The notes under the pieces: model-generated
Told to the model about the DNA's origin: nothing
Seen by the model: only the letters and a program-made list of their open reading frames with translations
Databases searched by the model: none
Made by a program: the position numbers and the translations under genes
Shown here: positions 1-9,680 of the stretch, in pieces
Numbering within the stretch: the stretch's first letter is position 1
How the letters are laid out: the number at the start of each line of letters is the position of its first letter
DNA from: a virus
Length of the DNA: 64,000 nt
Strand: one strand, 5' to 3'
Virus record (IMG/VR): IMGVR_UViG_3300045988_059906

Positions 1-3
1 GTG

Positions 4-77
4 TGGGCCCAGCCAGACTTGAACTGACAACCTCAACACTATGAGTGTTTTGCTCTAACCAATTGAGCTATGAGCCC
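4..77 (-). tRNA. tRNA-Met/Ile2 (anticodon CAT)
   Basis: Reverse complement folds as a cloverleaf: acceptor GGGCTCA/TGGGCCC, D arm GCTC..GAGC, anticodon loop CTCATAG, T arm GTCAG-TTCAAGT-CTGGC. Confidence 0.75.
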
Positions 78-159
78 TTAATTCTTTAAGACTAACACAA
101 TTAATAGTAAGGTCTTATTAATAACAAACTCATTAACATATTAAAATCATAATTAGTAG

Positions 160-230
160 TTGGACCACCAGGATTCGAACCTGGACAAACAGAACCAAAA
201 CCTGTTGTGCTGCCGTTACACCATAGTCCA
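160..230 (-). tRNA. tRNA-Gln (TTG), copy 1
   Basis: Cloverleaf with U1:A72, acceptor TGGACTA/TGGTCCA, anticodon loop TTTTGGT, T arm CCAGG-TTCGAAT-CCTGG. Confidence 0.75.
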
Positions 231-245
231 ATTACTAAGGGAATA

Positions 246-1292
246 CTATGACTCCCTTACATACTCTTCATAAATATACAGTTCAAAGTTAGGTCTTATA
301 AACATATCTTTGTCTGTAGCTTCGTCCCAATGAGTAACTATAACCTTCTTGCGAACGTTATGGCTAAACATAGAATCAATATTGAGACTATGCCTAAACA
401 AAACTGGATCAAACTCTATAGCCCGGAAAGATTTCTGAAAGTCGTTAAATTGGTTGTTGGGGTCTACAACAGGTCTAACTGGCTTATCAGAAGGAAACGG
501 ACCGTTACCATGACGCGTTATGTATGGTCTAGTAACGTAATTAACCGTAACGGTGTCATTACATCCAATTTGTTTTAGTATTCGATGAGCATTCTGTGAT
601 GTTGTATTAGATGGAGTGCAATGGGGCATTATTCCGAATCTTTGGTCTAATAATATACCTTGAGAACCTTCAAAGATAAGATTGTCGTAATCTTCCCATA
701 TAGCTTCTAAGGTACTTACTTGGACAGTGTTGAAATATGCATTCACAGTTCTGCACCAATTATCCAAGTCAATTGATGGATATACACTATTCATGTGATA
801 ATAGTTGTCTGCTATTGCATTAACTTTCTCTCTAAGAATGTGTATATTCAAGCAATCTATAACCATAAGATTATACCCCGACTTCACTCGGTCTAAACAC
901 GTTTTAAAACCAGTCCCTACAGTACCATGACGTAGATTTACTACGTCACTTACTTGGGAATAGACGTCGAATGGTACTATGACTTGACATAATGGATTAT
1001 AAATAATTTTAGGAGTAATACCTAATTTCTTTAAATCCATTGCTTCAAGTGTAGAGGTTACTGGGTCTACAGTACAGTATTCAGACCAATATGTAGGCAC
1101 TCCTAGCAAGGTTCCACTTCCAAAGTTACTAAATGTGTGCATAAGGTCTCCGTATTTAACAGTATGGCCAACTTGATGTCCACCACTAAACCTTATTACA
1201 AGTGAGTTCTCTGGATTCTTAGCACATATATTATGTACCGTCTGTCCCTTACCTTCATCGCCCATAAATGAGCCTAACACTATACTAATCAT
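246..1292 (-). CDS. adenylosuccinate synthetase-like protein (PurA-like)
   Basis: ORF track 246..1400, trimmed to Met37. Motifs MGDEGKGQ (P-loop), FSGGHQVGHTV and FEGSQGILLD match the conserved PurA signatures. Confidence 0.55.
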   Translation of the reverse strand: MISIVLGSFMGDEGKGQTVHNICAKNPENSLVIRFSGGHQVGHTVKYGDLMHTFSNFGSGTLLGVPTYWSEYCTVDPVTSTLEAMDLKKLGITPKIIYNPLCQVIVPFDVYSQVSDVVNLRHGTVGTGFKTCLDRVKSGYNLMVIDCLNIHILREKVNAIADNYYHMNSVYPSIDLDNWCRTVNAYFNTVQVSTLEAIWEDYDNLIFEGSQGILLDQRFGIMPHCTPSNTTSQNAHRILKQIGCNDTVTVNYVTRPYITRHGNGPFPSDKPVRPVVDPNNQFNDFQKSFRAIEFDPVLFRHSLNIDSMFSHNVRKKVIVTHWDEATDKDMFIRPNFELYIYEEYVRES

Positions 1293-1296
1293 GATT

Positions 1297-2217
1297 TTAA
1301 TAGAAATTTTGTTTGTCTTCGGTAGTTGTACTACTAGAAGCATCACTAGGAGTTTCTGCATACACAGGCTCCTCGTAATTGTCTTTAATTGCTTTAGCAA
1401 TTACTTTATCCACTTCATCAGATTTGCACATTAGTACATTCTGTCCAAGTAGATTCTTCCAAGATTCAGCCACCCTTGTGCCATAACTGGCATTAGTAAT
1501 GTGAATGTGGAATACATGGTACTGCTCTTGTGCTTTCCGAATTGCTTCATTAGCACTAATAGAACCAGCACCTTTTTGATACCCTAGAATTTCAGTTAAA
1601 CTATCACCTGGGATTCCCTGTAGATTAGGTTCATCACCAATAGTGAACAAGAATCCTTTAGTGTGTCTTTTGAACCAAGAATCGGTTTCAGTGTGATATC
1701 CTGCAACTATGTGAGCTAATAAATAGCTCTCACCTGCATTACCACCACCTCCACCTTCTATTACTAAGGACTCTAATGAATTTAGAATCTTCTCAGTATC
1801 AGATTCAAACTGTCCAACCTGAATAGGATATCTATCATATTCGTGGTCTCCAACTGCCATAAACAACAATTGAGGATCACGTACTCCCATTTGCATGACA
1901 GAATCCATAATCTTAGGTAAATGGTTCTTAATCATTTCATAAGGAGTATTCATCATTGAACCAGTAACATCTAGTGCAATGATTATCGGAGTAGAGTATG
2001 GATGTTCTTGTGAGTCACGACACTCACGAACTCCAACATTGACCATTTCAGCTTTAATTTGAGTATTAAAGCTACGTGCATTTACATTAAATGACGCTGC
2101 TGTATTACTAGCATTTACTGAAATGTTCTTAAAGAGCTGGTCACGCGATGCTTTAGCATATCCTCTATCATCGGATAAAGTACTATAAGCAATACTACTG
2201 TAAACACCACTTCCCAT
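1297..2217 (-). CDS. von Willebrand factor A (vWA) domain protein
   Basis: IIALDVTGSM is a MIDAS-like DxTGS motif, followed by a glycine-rich segment. Confidence 0.5.
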   Translation of the reverse strand: MGSGVYSSIAYSTLSDDRGYAKASRDQLFKNISVNASNTAASFNVNARSFNTQIKAEMVNVGVRECRDSQEHPYSTPIIIALDVTGSMMNTPYEMIKNHLPKIMDSVMQMGVRDPQLLFMAVGDHEYDRYPIQVGQFESDTEKILNSLESLVIEGGGGGNAGESYLLAHIVAGYHTETDSWFKRHTKGFLFTIGDEPNLQGIPGDSLTEILGYQKGAGSISANEAIRKAQEQYHVFHIHITNASYGTRVAESWKNLLGQNVLMCKSDEVDKVIAKAIKDNYEEPVYAETPSDASSSTTTEDKQNFY

Positions 2218-2219
2218 GA

Positions 2220-2600
2220 TTAATTATCTAATGGGTTAGTAATGTCTCCTTTTACATCATCCAAATTAATGGATTCTGTTGCATCAGCAGGAAATTCTTC
2301 TTCGTCTACCTGCATGGCCAAAGCAAGTTCAATCTTTGCAACACGTAACTTACGTGCTAATTCATGTCTTGTTCTCACCCATTCAGCCGGATTCAGATTC
2401 TCTCCCGGATTCAAAGAGTCTCTTGATTTAACGGCAAGATCATTATGCTTATTGATTTCTCCCTGAATACGGAGTACTTTCAACTTGCAGTCCTGAACGA
2501 ATCTGTCTTCTTCAATTTTAGTCAATTCATACAGATTCTGTGCTCTTGCATCAAGTACACTCTGACCACTCTTACTCAATTTCTCTTTAAAACTGCTCAT
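2220..2600 (-). CDS. hypothetical protein
   Basis: Uninterrupted 126-aa ORF, co-oriented and tightly packed with its neighbours. Confidence 0.4.
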   Translation of the reverse strand: MSSFKEKLSKSGQSVLDARAQNLYELTKIEEDRFVQDCKLKVLRIQGEINKHNDLAVKSRDSLNPGENLNPAEWVRTRHELARKLRVAKIELALAMQVDEEEFPADATESINLDDVKGDITNPLDN

Positions 2601-2682
2601 TTACATTTCACATTAACATGTTAACTTCATAAGCATCTCTGTGTGTTAAAAATAATCTAACAATAGCCTAAGACTATCATCG

Positions 2683-2755
2683 AGCCTCCTACCGGAATCG
2701 AACCGATAACCTATCGCTTACAAGACGATTGCTCTGCCAGTTGAGCTAAGGAGGC
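2683..2755 (-). tRNA. tRNA-Thr (TGT)
   Basis: Acceptor GCCTCCT/AGGAGGC, anticodon stem ATCGT/GCGAT, loop CTTGTAA, T arm ATCGG-TTCGATT-CCGGT. Confidence 0.75.
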
Positions 2756-2818
2756 AATTTCAGAAGACTTTGATATAAAACTATACTGCTGTAGTCTTCT
2801 TATGCAAATCAAAGATTG

Positions 2819-2890
2819 CGGTGCATACGGGAATTGAACCCGTACCCCAAGATAGACAGTCTAGTATCCTAACCTTTAGACCAATGCACC
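2819..2890 (-). tRNA. tRNA-Asp (GTC)
   Basis: Acceptor GGTGCAT/ATGCACC, anticodon loop CTGTCTA, T arm ACGGG-TTCAATT-CCCGT. Confidence 0.75.
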
Positions 2891-3205
2891 ATAGAGCTAG
2901 CTTACCTACACTTAACTTCCGTTCCCGGACACAGGATTCAACTTCCGTTCCTAAGTGTATTGTCTCTTCCCGCCAGCTGAGGTATTCCCAATGTTATTGA
3001 TAGGTGTCCATCTCTTCAAATAACTTGGTATGCCAATGAGACCTGGGCATATAACTATAAGAGTGGGTGCTAGCCGTTTCTATCCCACCATTGTGTACTA
3101 CAGCGCTAGCCACCGCTTGAAACTTCTATGCCCTCACGTCGTCTCAAGATGTGTATGATTATTATTACATAGCCGTTATGTGGCTAGGGAGGATTATGCA
3201 CGAGG

Positions 3206-3278
3206 TATTCCCAACGGGGCTCGAACCCGTATCTTCACCGTGAAAGGGTGATTACCTAACCAGTTAGTAGATGGGAAT
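3206..3278 (-). tRNA. tRNA-Glu (TTC)
   Basis: Acceptor ATTCCCA/TGGGAAT, anticodon stem TCACC/GGTGA, loop CTTTCAC, T arm ACGGG-TTCGAGC-CCCGT. Confidence 0.7.
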
Positions 3279-3515
3279 ATAAGAGTCATGAATAGGAGGT
3301 ATAAGCGTAGTCTAAAACTAACTCAAAGGCTAAGACCAGCTGCATGAGCAAAGACAAAGATAACGACCTTTAAAGGATTCGTTTTATGCAGCTGTCAGTA
3401 CATTTTATAAGTTAATATGCCAAGATCTGTGGAACAGATCTTAAAATTGCTATAAACTTTTATACCTTTCCTATTCATGTAAAGAGAGATTAGAATCTAA
3501 AGCGATTCAGGTTCT

Positions 3516-4403
3516 CTACACCTCAGTAGTGAGAGCTTTCAGCTTCTCATATGTTTTAGCAAGAGCTTCTGGAATAACAATCTTAAGAGCGGCAATCTTA
3601 CTACGCTCTTCAATTTGCCAAGTTCTGAACTCAGTTCCTTTGGCTTGCATTGTCATACTATAGACTTCACTTGCATCCTTATACTTACGTTCAAGTTCTA
3701 GATTGTGTTCCTCAACAAGCTTCTTGATTCTGTATTTGTACTTATTTAATGCTCCTTCAACATTTCTATGTTTCTGTTGTAGTTGCATATAACAATCCTC
3801 TACTAAATCAGAGCTAATTGATGGGACGAAATGATACATCATTGCATTGACACCTTCTCCTACTAGCTTATTAGGCTGTACCATACGTTTCATCATATCA
3901 GTACGCGCCATAGAGAATGGTTTGTCTGGATGGATAAACTTACCTAGAGTAGCTGCTTCAGCTTCTAAGTTATAATATTCCATTCTTTCTGCAATAGAGA
4001 ATGTAGCAATGGCATCCTTCTCATTCCACATAATACCTCTTTCAGGAACTTCGGGCATTTCGGAAAGATTCTCAAGGTAATCACATAAGTCAGCATTATC
4101 AATGAGGCTTAGTTCCTCATCCTTAGCCTTAATAGCTTCACGCATCCAAGCGCAGAAAGTATTCATTTCAGCGATTTCTTCAAGAAGTTCTGGTATAGAA
4201 GATAGGTATTGTTCGTTTCTACCTTCAGTTAAAATGGAAGCTTGGCCTCCACTTAACAATCTTACAGTACTCGTAATAAATCCCACACCCTCTAAGGCTC
4301 TGCGATTAGATTCCATACATTCTTTAGCCAAATTAGCTAAATGATTAGCGGAAGTAGAAGTAATTCCCTTCTCGCCAAAGAATACACGATTAATTTCCTT
4401 CAT
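3516..4403 (-). CDS. hypothetical protein
   Basis: 295-aa uninterrupted ORF. Confidence 0.4.
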   Translation of the reverse strand: MKEINRVFFGEKGITSTSANHLANLAKECMESNRRALEGVGFITSTVRLLSGGQASILTEGRNEQYLSSIPELLEEIAEMNTFCAWMREAIKAKDEELSLIDNADLCDYLENLSEMPEVPERGIMWNEKDAIATFSIAERMEYYNLEAEAATLGKFIHPDKPFSMARTDMMKRMVQPNKLVGEGVNAMMYHFVPSISSDLVEDCYMQLQQKHRNVEGALNKYKYRIKKLVEEHNLELERKYKDASEVYSMTMQAKGTEFRTWQIEERSKIAALKIVIPEALAKTYEKLKALTTEV

Positions 4404-4427
4404 ATAAATCCTTATTAATTAAGTTAG

Positions 4428-4500
4428 TACCGGGTACGGGATTTGAACCCGTGTTACATGTGTGAGAGACATGCGTCCTATCCAATTAGACGAACCCGAC
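4428..4500 (-). tRNA. tRNA-Glu (CTC), putative
   Basis: T arm ACGGG-TTCAAAT-CCCGT, anticodon stem CATGT/ACATG, loop CTCTCAC. The acceptor has two wobble pairs, so this call is less secure. Confidence 0.5.
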
Positions 4501-4505
4501 ATCCG

Positions 4506-4793
4506 TTATGCCTTCCAGAAAGTGAATTCTGCATCACTTCCTCTTCCTACGTACTTTACTCCGAATCCATTGGCTCTATAAATAGGTTCTACGTCCAACC
4601 AATGATTCTTAATAGCTTCTTCCTCTGTTATATTATCAGATGCTATATAGGCAATCACATCTGATTGTTTAAACGCGGAAGCCAGACCATTCCAATTCTT
4701 AACTATTAAAGTATTAAAAGCTAAGATAACCGCATCGGGTATAGACTTAAAGTCTCTACTCATCAATTCCCTTGAATTTAACACTTTCACCAT
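4506..4793 (-). CDS. hypothetical protein
   Basis: 95-aa ORF. Confidence 0.35.
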   Translation of the reverse strand: MVKVLNSRELMSRDFKSIPDAVILAFNTLIVKNWNGLASAFKQSDVIAYIASDNITEEEAIKNHWLDVEPIYRANGFGVKYVGRGSDAEFTFWKA

Positions 4794-4843
4794 AATTTTA
4801 GTAATTAGGTTAATAATAATTTCACAACTCTTATTAATCAGCG

Positions 4844-4931
4844 CGGAGGCAGCTGGATTCGAACCAGCGGAACCCTTTCAGAGCTCAGCACGTTAGCAAT
4901 GTGCTGGTATAGACCACTCACCCATACCTCC
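4844..4931 (-). tRNA. tRNA-Ser (GCT), type II, copy 1
   Basis: Acceptor GGAGGTA/TGCCTCC, anticodon loop TTGCTAA, long variable arm, T arm GCTGG-TTCGAAT-CCAGC, 88 nt. Confidence 0.7.
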
Positions 4932-4995
4932 AATTACAGAAGACCTTGCTGTATCATTATTAATGCTGTTCGTCTTCTTAAGCTGTAAAAGATTG

Positions 4996-5658
4996 TTACT
5001 TCACAGCTTCAAAGTTGTCTTCGGTTGGATTATCCTTTTTATCCTCGACAAACATTTCTTTAAATGTCTTCTTAAAAGGAATACTCTTAAGAAGTTCAAA
5101 TGCTGGATTAAGATTCTCAGCTGTTTTAGCCATGAAACTACCAGCAGTATTTTCATTACCATAAACAGTAACTTGTCCAAGATGGATATGTTCATACATC
5201 TCTGCGGATGCTTCAGCAATACCTTTAAGCTGATCCACTGTCTTGTATTGAACAATCATTTGTGGAGTCATACCACATCCAATCATCTTCTCTACTGCCT
5301 TTGCAGGAGCCATTTCAACAGCAGTAATCTTGTCTGCCTCTGCCATCAAAGATGCTCTCTTACCTTCAGCCTCTGCAAGCAACTTTCTCTTAGTACCTTC
5401 AGCTTCAGCTTCAAGTTGCATCTGAGTTGCATTTGCCTTAGCTTCTGCCTCCTTAAGAATTTCAGCAGCTTTAGCTTCTGCCTTAAGAATAGCTTCTTGC
5501 TTTACAGCTTCAGCATCAATAATGGCTTTCTCCTTAGCCTTATTAGCAGGCACAATTACTGTTGCATTCAATTCAGCTTCTTTAGCTTTGGCTTCAGCTT
5601 CTTTAATTTCTGCAATCTTCTCTTGCTCGGTTCTAGCAATAGTAGTTTCTGCATCCAC
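4996..5658 (-). CDS. flotillin-like C-terminal coiled-coil protein (truncated paralog of the 27144..29117 gene)
   Basis: The Ala/Glu/Lys-rich repeats and the C-terminal segment LLAEAEGKRASLMAEADK...HLGQVTVYGNENTAG are near-identical to the C-terminus of the 657-aa flotillin-like protein. The SPFH domain is absent. Confidence 0.5.
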   Translation of the reverse strand: MDAETTIARTEQEKIAEIKEAEAKAKEAELNATVIVPANKAKEKAIIDAEAVKQEAILKAEAKAAEILKEAEAKANATQMQLEAEAEGTKRKLLAEAEGKRASLMAEADKITAVEMAPAKAVEKMIGCGMTPQMIVQYKTVDQLKGIAEASAEMYEHIHLGQVTVYGNENTAGSFMAKTAENLNPAFELLKSIPFKKTFKEMFVEDKKDNPTEDNFEAVK

Positions 5659-6016
5659 TTATATTTATAAAAGCTAAATAGCGTTTATCGTCTAAGCGAA
5701 CATATATTCTAGCTGGTCTTCCTGCTAAGTATACAAGAGGTTCGTCGGTTGGAAAGTTCTGTAATTTCATACAGAATTTATATAAATGATACAGCATAAA
5801 CACAAATACAAGACCTATAAAGAATCCTATTAACCAATCAACCCAGGTTATCTCGTAACCTAGTAGTTGTTTAATAGAAGTCCATCCTCCAAATCCCATC
5901 AGGAAATGAATAAGACCTTTAAATGAAACAACATCACCAATGTCGAAATCGGCATCTCCATCGAAGTCCACATCAACATCAAGTTCACCTGCAACCCATG
6001 ATATTATGAATTGCAA
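5633..6016 (-). CDS. NfeD-like membrane protein (short paralog)
   Basis: VSFKGLIHF, a hydrophobic helix, and a layout matching ORF 29136..29654. It sits immediately upstream of the flotillin-like fragment. Confidence 0.45.
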   Translation of the reverse strand: MQFIISWVAGELDVDVDFDGDADFDIGDVVSFKGLIHFLMGFGGWTSIKQLLGYEITWVDWLIGFFIGLVFVFMLYHLYKFCMKLQNFPTDEPLVYLAGRPARIYVRLDDKRYLAFINISGCRNYYC

Positions 6017-6091
6017 GATAAAGATACCATAGGCAACACCACCTACGACACATCACTCATCTTGTTAATAATTTAATCTGTTAATAAATAG

Positions 6092-6166
6092 TGGGACAGG
6101 ATGGAGTCGAACCATCATCTCTGAATTTTCAGTCCAGCGCGAACTGACCACCTGCGCTACTGCCCC
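6092..6166 (-). tRNA. tRNA-Phe (GAA), copy 1
   Basis: Acceptor GGGGCAG/CTGTCCC, anticodon stem CTGGA/TTCAG, loop CTGAAAA, T arm GATGG-TTCGACT-CCATC. Confidence 0.7.
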
Positions 6167-6441
6167 ATATTGCCTACACATACGTCTTCACTGGATTTTA
6201 TGCTTTATTACGCCAGTTGCTTTGGACAACCTAAATCCTTCAATGCTGTACAATCCTAAAGGCGCCATACAGACTGCCATCGCACCTACTCCCATTACCG
6301 TGTCACGCAACGTATCCTCACCTACTCATGGGAATTGCACCCAACCACTACCTCGGCATTATAGTATCTTAATGAATAATAAACAATGAAACAAACTGGA
6401 AATTAATTTTAAAGTTAATATTATGTCTATAAGATACTAAG

Positions 6442-6516
6442 GGTGTTATGTCAGAATCGAACTGACGACCTCTTGAACCACAATCAAGTGCTCTAACCAA
6501 CTGAGCTAATAACACC
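6442..6516 (-). tRNA. tRNA-His (GTG) with encoded G-1, copy 1
   Basis: Acceptor GTGTTAT/ATAACAC with an extra 5' G opposite C73. Anticodon stem CTTGA/TCAAG, loop TTGTGGT. Confidence 0.75.
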
Positions 6517-6524
6517 ATATATAG

Positions 6525-7031
6525 TTACTCATTCTCGTAACCTTCGCGCACTGCATTTGCAAATACTTGTTTACACATCTCGTATTCTAGAATGGCTAGT
6601 GCTAAGTCTTCTCCTACGTCTTCTACAAACTTGTCTCGGTTATCAGTCTCGTCAAGTTCGTTTAATACCGCTATCAAGTATTCTAGTAGTTCAAGACATC
6701 TATTGTAGCTTTCCCCAACTTTATTAATAATGGCTATCCTATCATTGCTTCTCTTATAGTACTTATGGGTTGAATAATTACAGTATAACACTACTAATGC
6801 ACATATAAGTGTAGTAGTAGTGAATGCTTCATTTATATAACATAAGATACTGTGAGTTACAGTAGCAATTAATACAACTGTATTAGCATAAAACATCCAA
6901 TTTAAAGACTTGAGAGCTTTACGGTGTGATAATAAATTATCAACCTCTTCTTTTACCTCGTTAAGCGATTCTAATTCTTTTTCATACTGTTCACATGATA
7001 CTTCAAGTAGTTCTTCACTCATATTATTCAA
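6525..7031 (-). CDS. hypothetical membrane protein
   Basis: 168 aa with a central hydrophobic segment. Confidence 0.4.
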   Translation of the reverse strand: MNNMSEELLEVSCEQYEKELESLNEVKEEVDNLLSHRKALKSLNWMFYANTVVLIATVTHSILCYINEAFTTTTLICALVVLYCNYSTHKYYKRSNDRIAIINKVGESYNRCLELLEYLIAVLNELDETDNRDKFVEDVGEDLALAILEYEMCKQVFANAVREGYENE

Positions 7032-7045
7032 TTTAGTTTAATAGT

Positions 7046-7116
7046 GGACCGTGTGAGATTTGAACTCCTCCTTCATCTTGCAAGGATGATGTGCTCCCGG
7101 ATTACACTACACAGCC
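7046..7116 (-). pseudogene. degenerate tRNA-like sequence (anticodon-arm TGC, Ala-like)
   Basis: D arm GTGT..GCAC and anticodon arm TCATC-CTTGCAA-GATGA are intact. The T stem is only 3 bp and the acceptor has two wobble pairs, so it is probably a pseudogene or non-canonical. Confidence 0.35.
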
Positions 7117-7127
7117 CGTATGTAGCC

Positions 7128-7205
7128 ACACTATCGTAGGGCTATCAACTCTCAACGTCCGATTGCTTACGGAAGGTTATTTACCGGTCTAATAACCTAT
7201 TATTC
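7128..7205. repeat. conserved 78-nt element adjacent to tRNA genes, copy A
   Basis: About 90% identical to 25668-25745. It contains the hairpin ggttatttaccggtctaataacc. Confidence 0.6.
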
Positions 7206-7220
7206 ATTTTATATGCTTTG

Positions 7221-7448
7221 TTACTTCTTAGTTAAGTACCTGTACACATCTTCGCTACTACTAGATACTACGATCATTACACCTATCCAGGAGCTAATTA
7301 CAAACAGTGTCAGAACTAGTAACATTCCATAGTCGAACTCGTAACGTTCTTTATTTCTTTGCCTTACTTTGTACTCAATAATTAATCCGATTATGGTACG
7401 TAATAAAGCAGCAATGCATCCAGCCGAATAAATCCATAAGAACAACAT
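7221..7448 (-). CDS. small membrane protein
   Basis: 75 aa with two hydrophobic helices. Confidence 0.35.
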   Translation of the reverse strand: MLFLWIYSAGCIAALLRTIIGLIIEYKVRQRNKERYEFDYGMLLVLTLFVISSWIGVMIVVSSSSEDVYRYLTKK

Positions 7449-7449
7449 A

Positions 7450-7659
7450 CTACTTCTTTCTAAACATCACTATACCTGGAGATACAAATACTATAACTGC
7501 AACAACACCAATCCATGAAGTTATTACAAGAGTTAATTCCATTAATAAGTCACACAAGTTGTAAGTGTAATTAGAATTTCTCTTATAGTCACGATATTCA
7601 TAGAAACACACAGCCATCAAAGCAACTACACATCCGATAATATAAATAATCAGTATCAT
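7450..7659 (-). CDS. small membrane protein
   Basis: 69 aa with two hydrophobic helices. Similar to its neighbour. Confidence 0.35.
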   Translation of the reverse strand: MILIIYIIGCVVALMAVCFYEYRDYKRNSNYTYNLCDLLMELTLVITSWIGVVAVIVFVSPGIVMFRKK

Positions 7660-7684
7660 ACATTTTTAATTATTAGTTAATAAG

Positions 7685-7756
7685 TACCCCGACTGCGATT
7701 CGAACGCAGATTATGGGGTTAGAAATCCCAGGTTCTATCCCTTGAACTATCGAGGC
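7685..7756 (-). tRNA. tRNA-Arg (TCT), copy 1
   Basis: D arm GTTC..GAAC, anticodon stem TGGGA/CCCCA with an A31.C39 mismatch, loop TTTCTAA, T arm CTGCG-TTCGAAT-CGCAG. Confidence 0.7.
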
Positions 7757-7824
7757 ATTAACAGAAGACATTGTAATCATATGTAACATGACACCTGCTG
7801 TATGTCTTCTTAGGCGATACTATT

Positions 7825-8172
7825 TTATGAACATAAAGCTATCAGTTCTTTAGTAGTCCTTTTATATTGCAATCTGTTATATCTTTCTCCCTTACATATT
7901 GCACAACTACAGGGAGTACTCATGGTTTTAAACCTAAAGGTATTCTTAGCATTATAAAGTTCAGTCCAGCTTATTGCTTTACGCCACTTATTACTGCTAC
8001 AGATATACCAATGCGGAAATGACCGTTTAATCCTAGTAATATACTTCTGGTCTTTCTTTAGGTTCCTCCACAATTTGTTTCTGTGAATTCTTGATTCTTT
8101 CATGTTTAGTTCTTCCATCGTCTCGTCCACTGATATTAACAATATCCTGACTTGGATTGTAACCAGTACCAA
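7825..8172 (-). CDS. hypothetical protein
   Basis: 115-aa ORF. Confidence 0.3.
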   Translation of the reverse strand: MVLVTIQVRILLISVDETMEELNMKESRIHRNKLWRNLKKDQKYITRIKRSFPHWYICSSNKWRKAISWTELYNAKNTFRFKTMSTPCSCAICKGERYNRLQYKRTTKELIALCS

Positions 8173-8229
8173 TGAATTTCTTCATATCTAGTCCCGATAA
8201 ATTGATTGTCTTCATACGATAATTAAATT

Positions 8230-8517
8230 TTAATAGTTAAATACACTGTGATACTTTAGCCAATCTCTATAAGCTTTAGCATCCATGTTATAGGAATAAT
8301 TCCAGTGAAACCTTCTCAGCTCCTTAATAAGTTCTGTTCGTATTTCATACGTGAGACGCACACCAGGTGCTGTATTAGATATGTAGAATTGTTCTTTAAC
8401 AAATGAGAAATACCCGTATAATATAGGTGTGCGCTTTCCCTTAAACTTATTAAGTAGAATAGCATGCAAACGGCTGTTATCCTTGCTGTACTTCGTTGGA
8501 TATAGTGTCACGTTCAT
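8230..8517 (-). CDS. hypothetical protein
   Basis: 95-aa ORF. Confidence 0.3.
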   Translation of the reverse strand: MNVTLYPTKYSKDNSRLHAILLNKFKGKRTPILYGYFSFVKEQFYISNTAPGVRLTYEIRTELIKELRRFHWNYSYNMDAKAYRDWLKYHSVFNY

Positions 8518-8803
8518 TGTCTAATATAGCAACAGCTAGACTATAACCATTATATAATGTCCCAATAAGACGTTTAAGTCTCTTCTTCATCTTCCTAGGA
8601 AGTTTTGGAAGATTAACATTCATAAGCTCTTCAGCTTCTTTATGTCTGGCTCTAACAGCAAGTTCTAAGTTCTCAGGGACATCTTCGGAATCAAAGAATG
8701 CGTTCAATACAGGTTCCTCTGGTAACAATCTTATGACTCTGTAAGCTACTCTTGCTTTCTTATTGTTACTGAGCTGATCAACATGTTTAAATTTCAATTT
8801 CAT
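8477..8803 (-). CDS. hypothetical protein
   Basis: 108-aa ORF. Confidence 0.3.
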   Translation of the reverse strand: MKLKFKHVDQLSNNKKARVAYRVIRLLPEEPVLNAFFDSEDVPENLELAVRARHKEAEELMNVNLPKLPRKMKKRLKRLIGTLYNGYSLAVAILDNERDTISNEVQQG

Positions 8804-8827
8804 AATCTTTCATTAATAAATTAATAA

Positions 8828-8917
8828 GAGGAAGGACAGGGATTCGAACCCTGGGATCGCTGTTACACGACCAACAGTTTTCAAGACTGCCGCATTAAGC
8901 CAACTCTGCCACCCTTC
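8828..8917 (-). tRNA. tRNA-Ser (TGA), type II, copy 1
   Basis: Acceptor GGAAGGG/TCCTTCC, anticodon loop CTTGAAA, long variable arm, 90 nt. Confidence 0.7.
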
Positions 8918-8926
8918 CATTAATAA

Positions 8927-8999
8927 GCACATCCTGCACGACTCAAACATGCAACACCCAGTTTTGGAGACAGGGGCTCTACCAATTGAGCTAAGGATG
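8927..8999 (-). tRNA. tRNA-Trp (CCA), copy 1
   Basis: Acceptor GCATCCT/AGGATGT, anticodon loop CTCCAAA. The T loop TTTGAGT is unusual and the anticodon stem has a U.U mismatch. Confidence 0.55.
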
Positions 9000-9252
9000 C
9001 ATTTTAGTTACCAATCCTGAATGATTGTAAGGAACATTACTATAAAACCCGCTGTACCTACAGCAACTCTGCCATCTTCATTTAGTGGAGAATACACTGC
9101 TATTAGAATTAATGCAAATCCTAATAATAGTTGTAATATAAACTTAACATTTCTCATAATCACGCATCTCCAGAATTAGCAATCCACATGATGTATATAA
9201 TCATAATCACACCTACGACAAATTCTGTTAACATAATCAAATACATTTAAAA

Positions 9253-9678
9253 TTAAACATTCACTATCTTGTCAAATAGATAATCTTCATAGTTTAATGA
9301 TTTGTGTTGATTATGTGTTTCTACATAAGGAATTCTAAAAGAAACAGCATTTCTTCCCTCAAATTCCTTTATTGGCAACATGAGAAGAGTATCAGAAGCT
9401 AAGTTATAGACTACGAAGTAATCTATTTCTGACGCATCATACCTGTGAACATAGTTTACTTGATTTCTGATAGTACTGCTTTTTAAACTAACAGTAAATT
9501 TGTTATCTTCAAACTTCTCTGAAGTTTTAACCTGTAGTTTATTGAGCTTACCATTGAAATCAGCAACTAAGTCTGCTTTCTCATTATCACCGAAACTGAC
9601 ATAAACTGGCACATTCATTGAAACTAACTTAGCTAATGTTTTAGCTTCTCCGATATTACCTAATTGTTTGGTTGTCAT
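9253..9678 (-). CDS. hypothetical protein
   Basis: ORF track 9253..9756, trimmed to the internal Met (MTTKQLGNIGEAK) because the annotated N-terminus overlaps tRNA-Asn. Confidence 0.4.
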   Translation of the reverse strand: MTTKQLGNIGEAKTLAKLVSMNVPVYVSFGDNEKADLVADFNGKLNKLQVKTSEKFEDNKFTVSLKSSTIRNQVNYVHRYDASEIDYFVVYNLASDTLLMLPIKEFEGRNAVSFRIPYVETHNQHKSLNYEDYLFDKIVNV

Positions 9679-9680
9679 AG

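Noticed and set aside
4963-5670. Plus-strand 235-aa ORF, and 27099..27569, 27484..27953 and 28242..29124 on the plus strand
   Set aside because: These are antisense to the flotillin-like genes. The repetitive Ala/Glu/Lys coding strand gives long spurious Ser/Phe/Leu-rich antisense ORFs.
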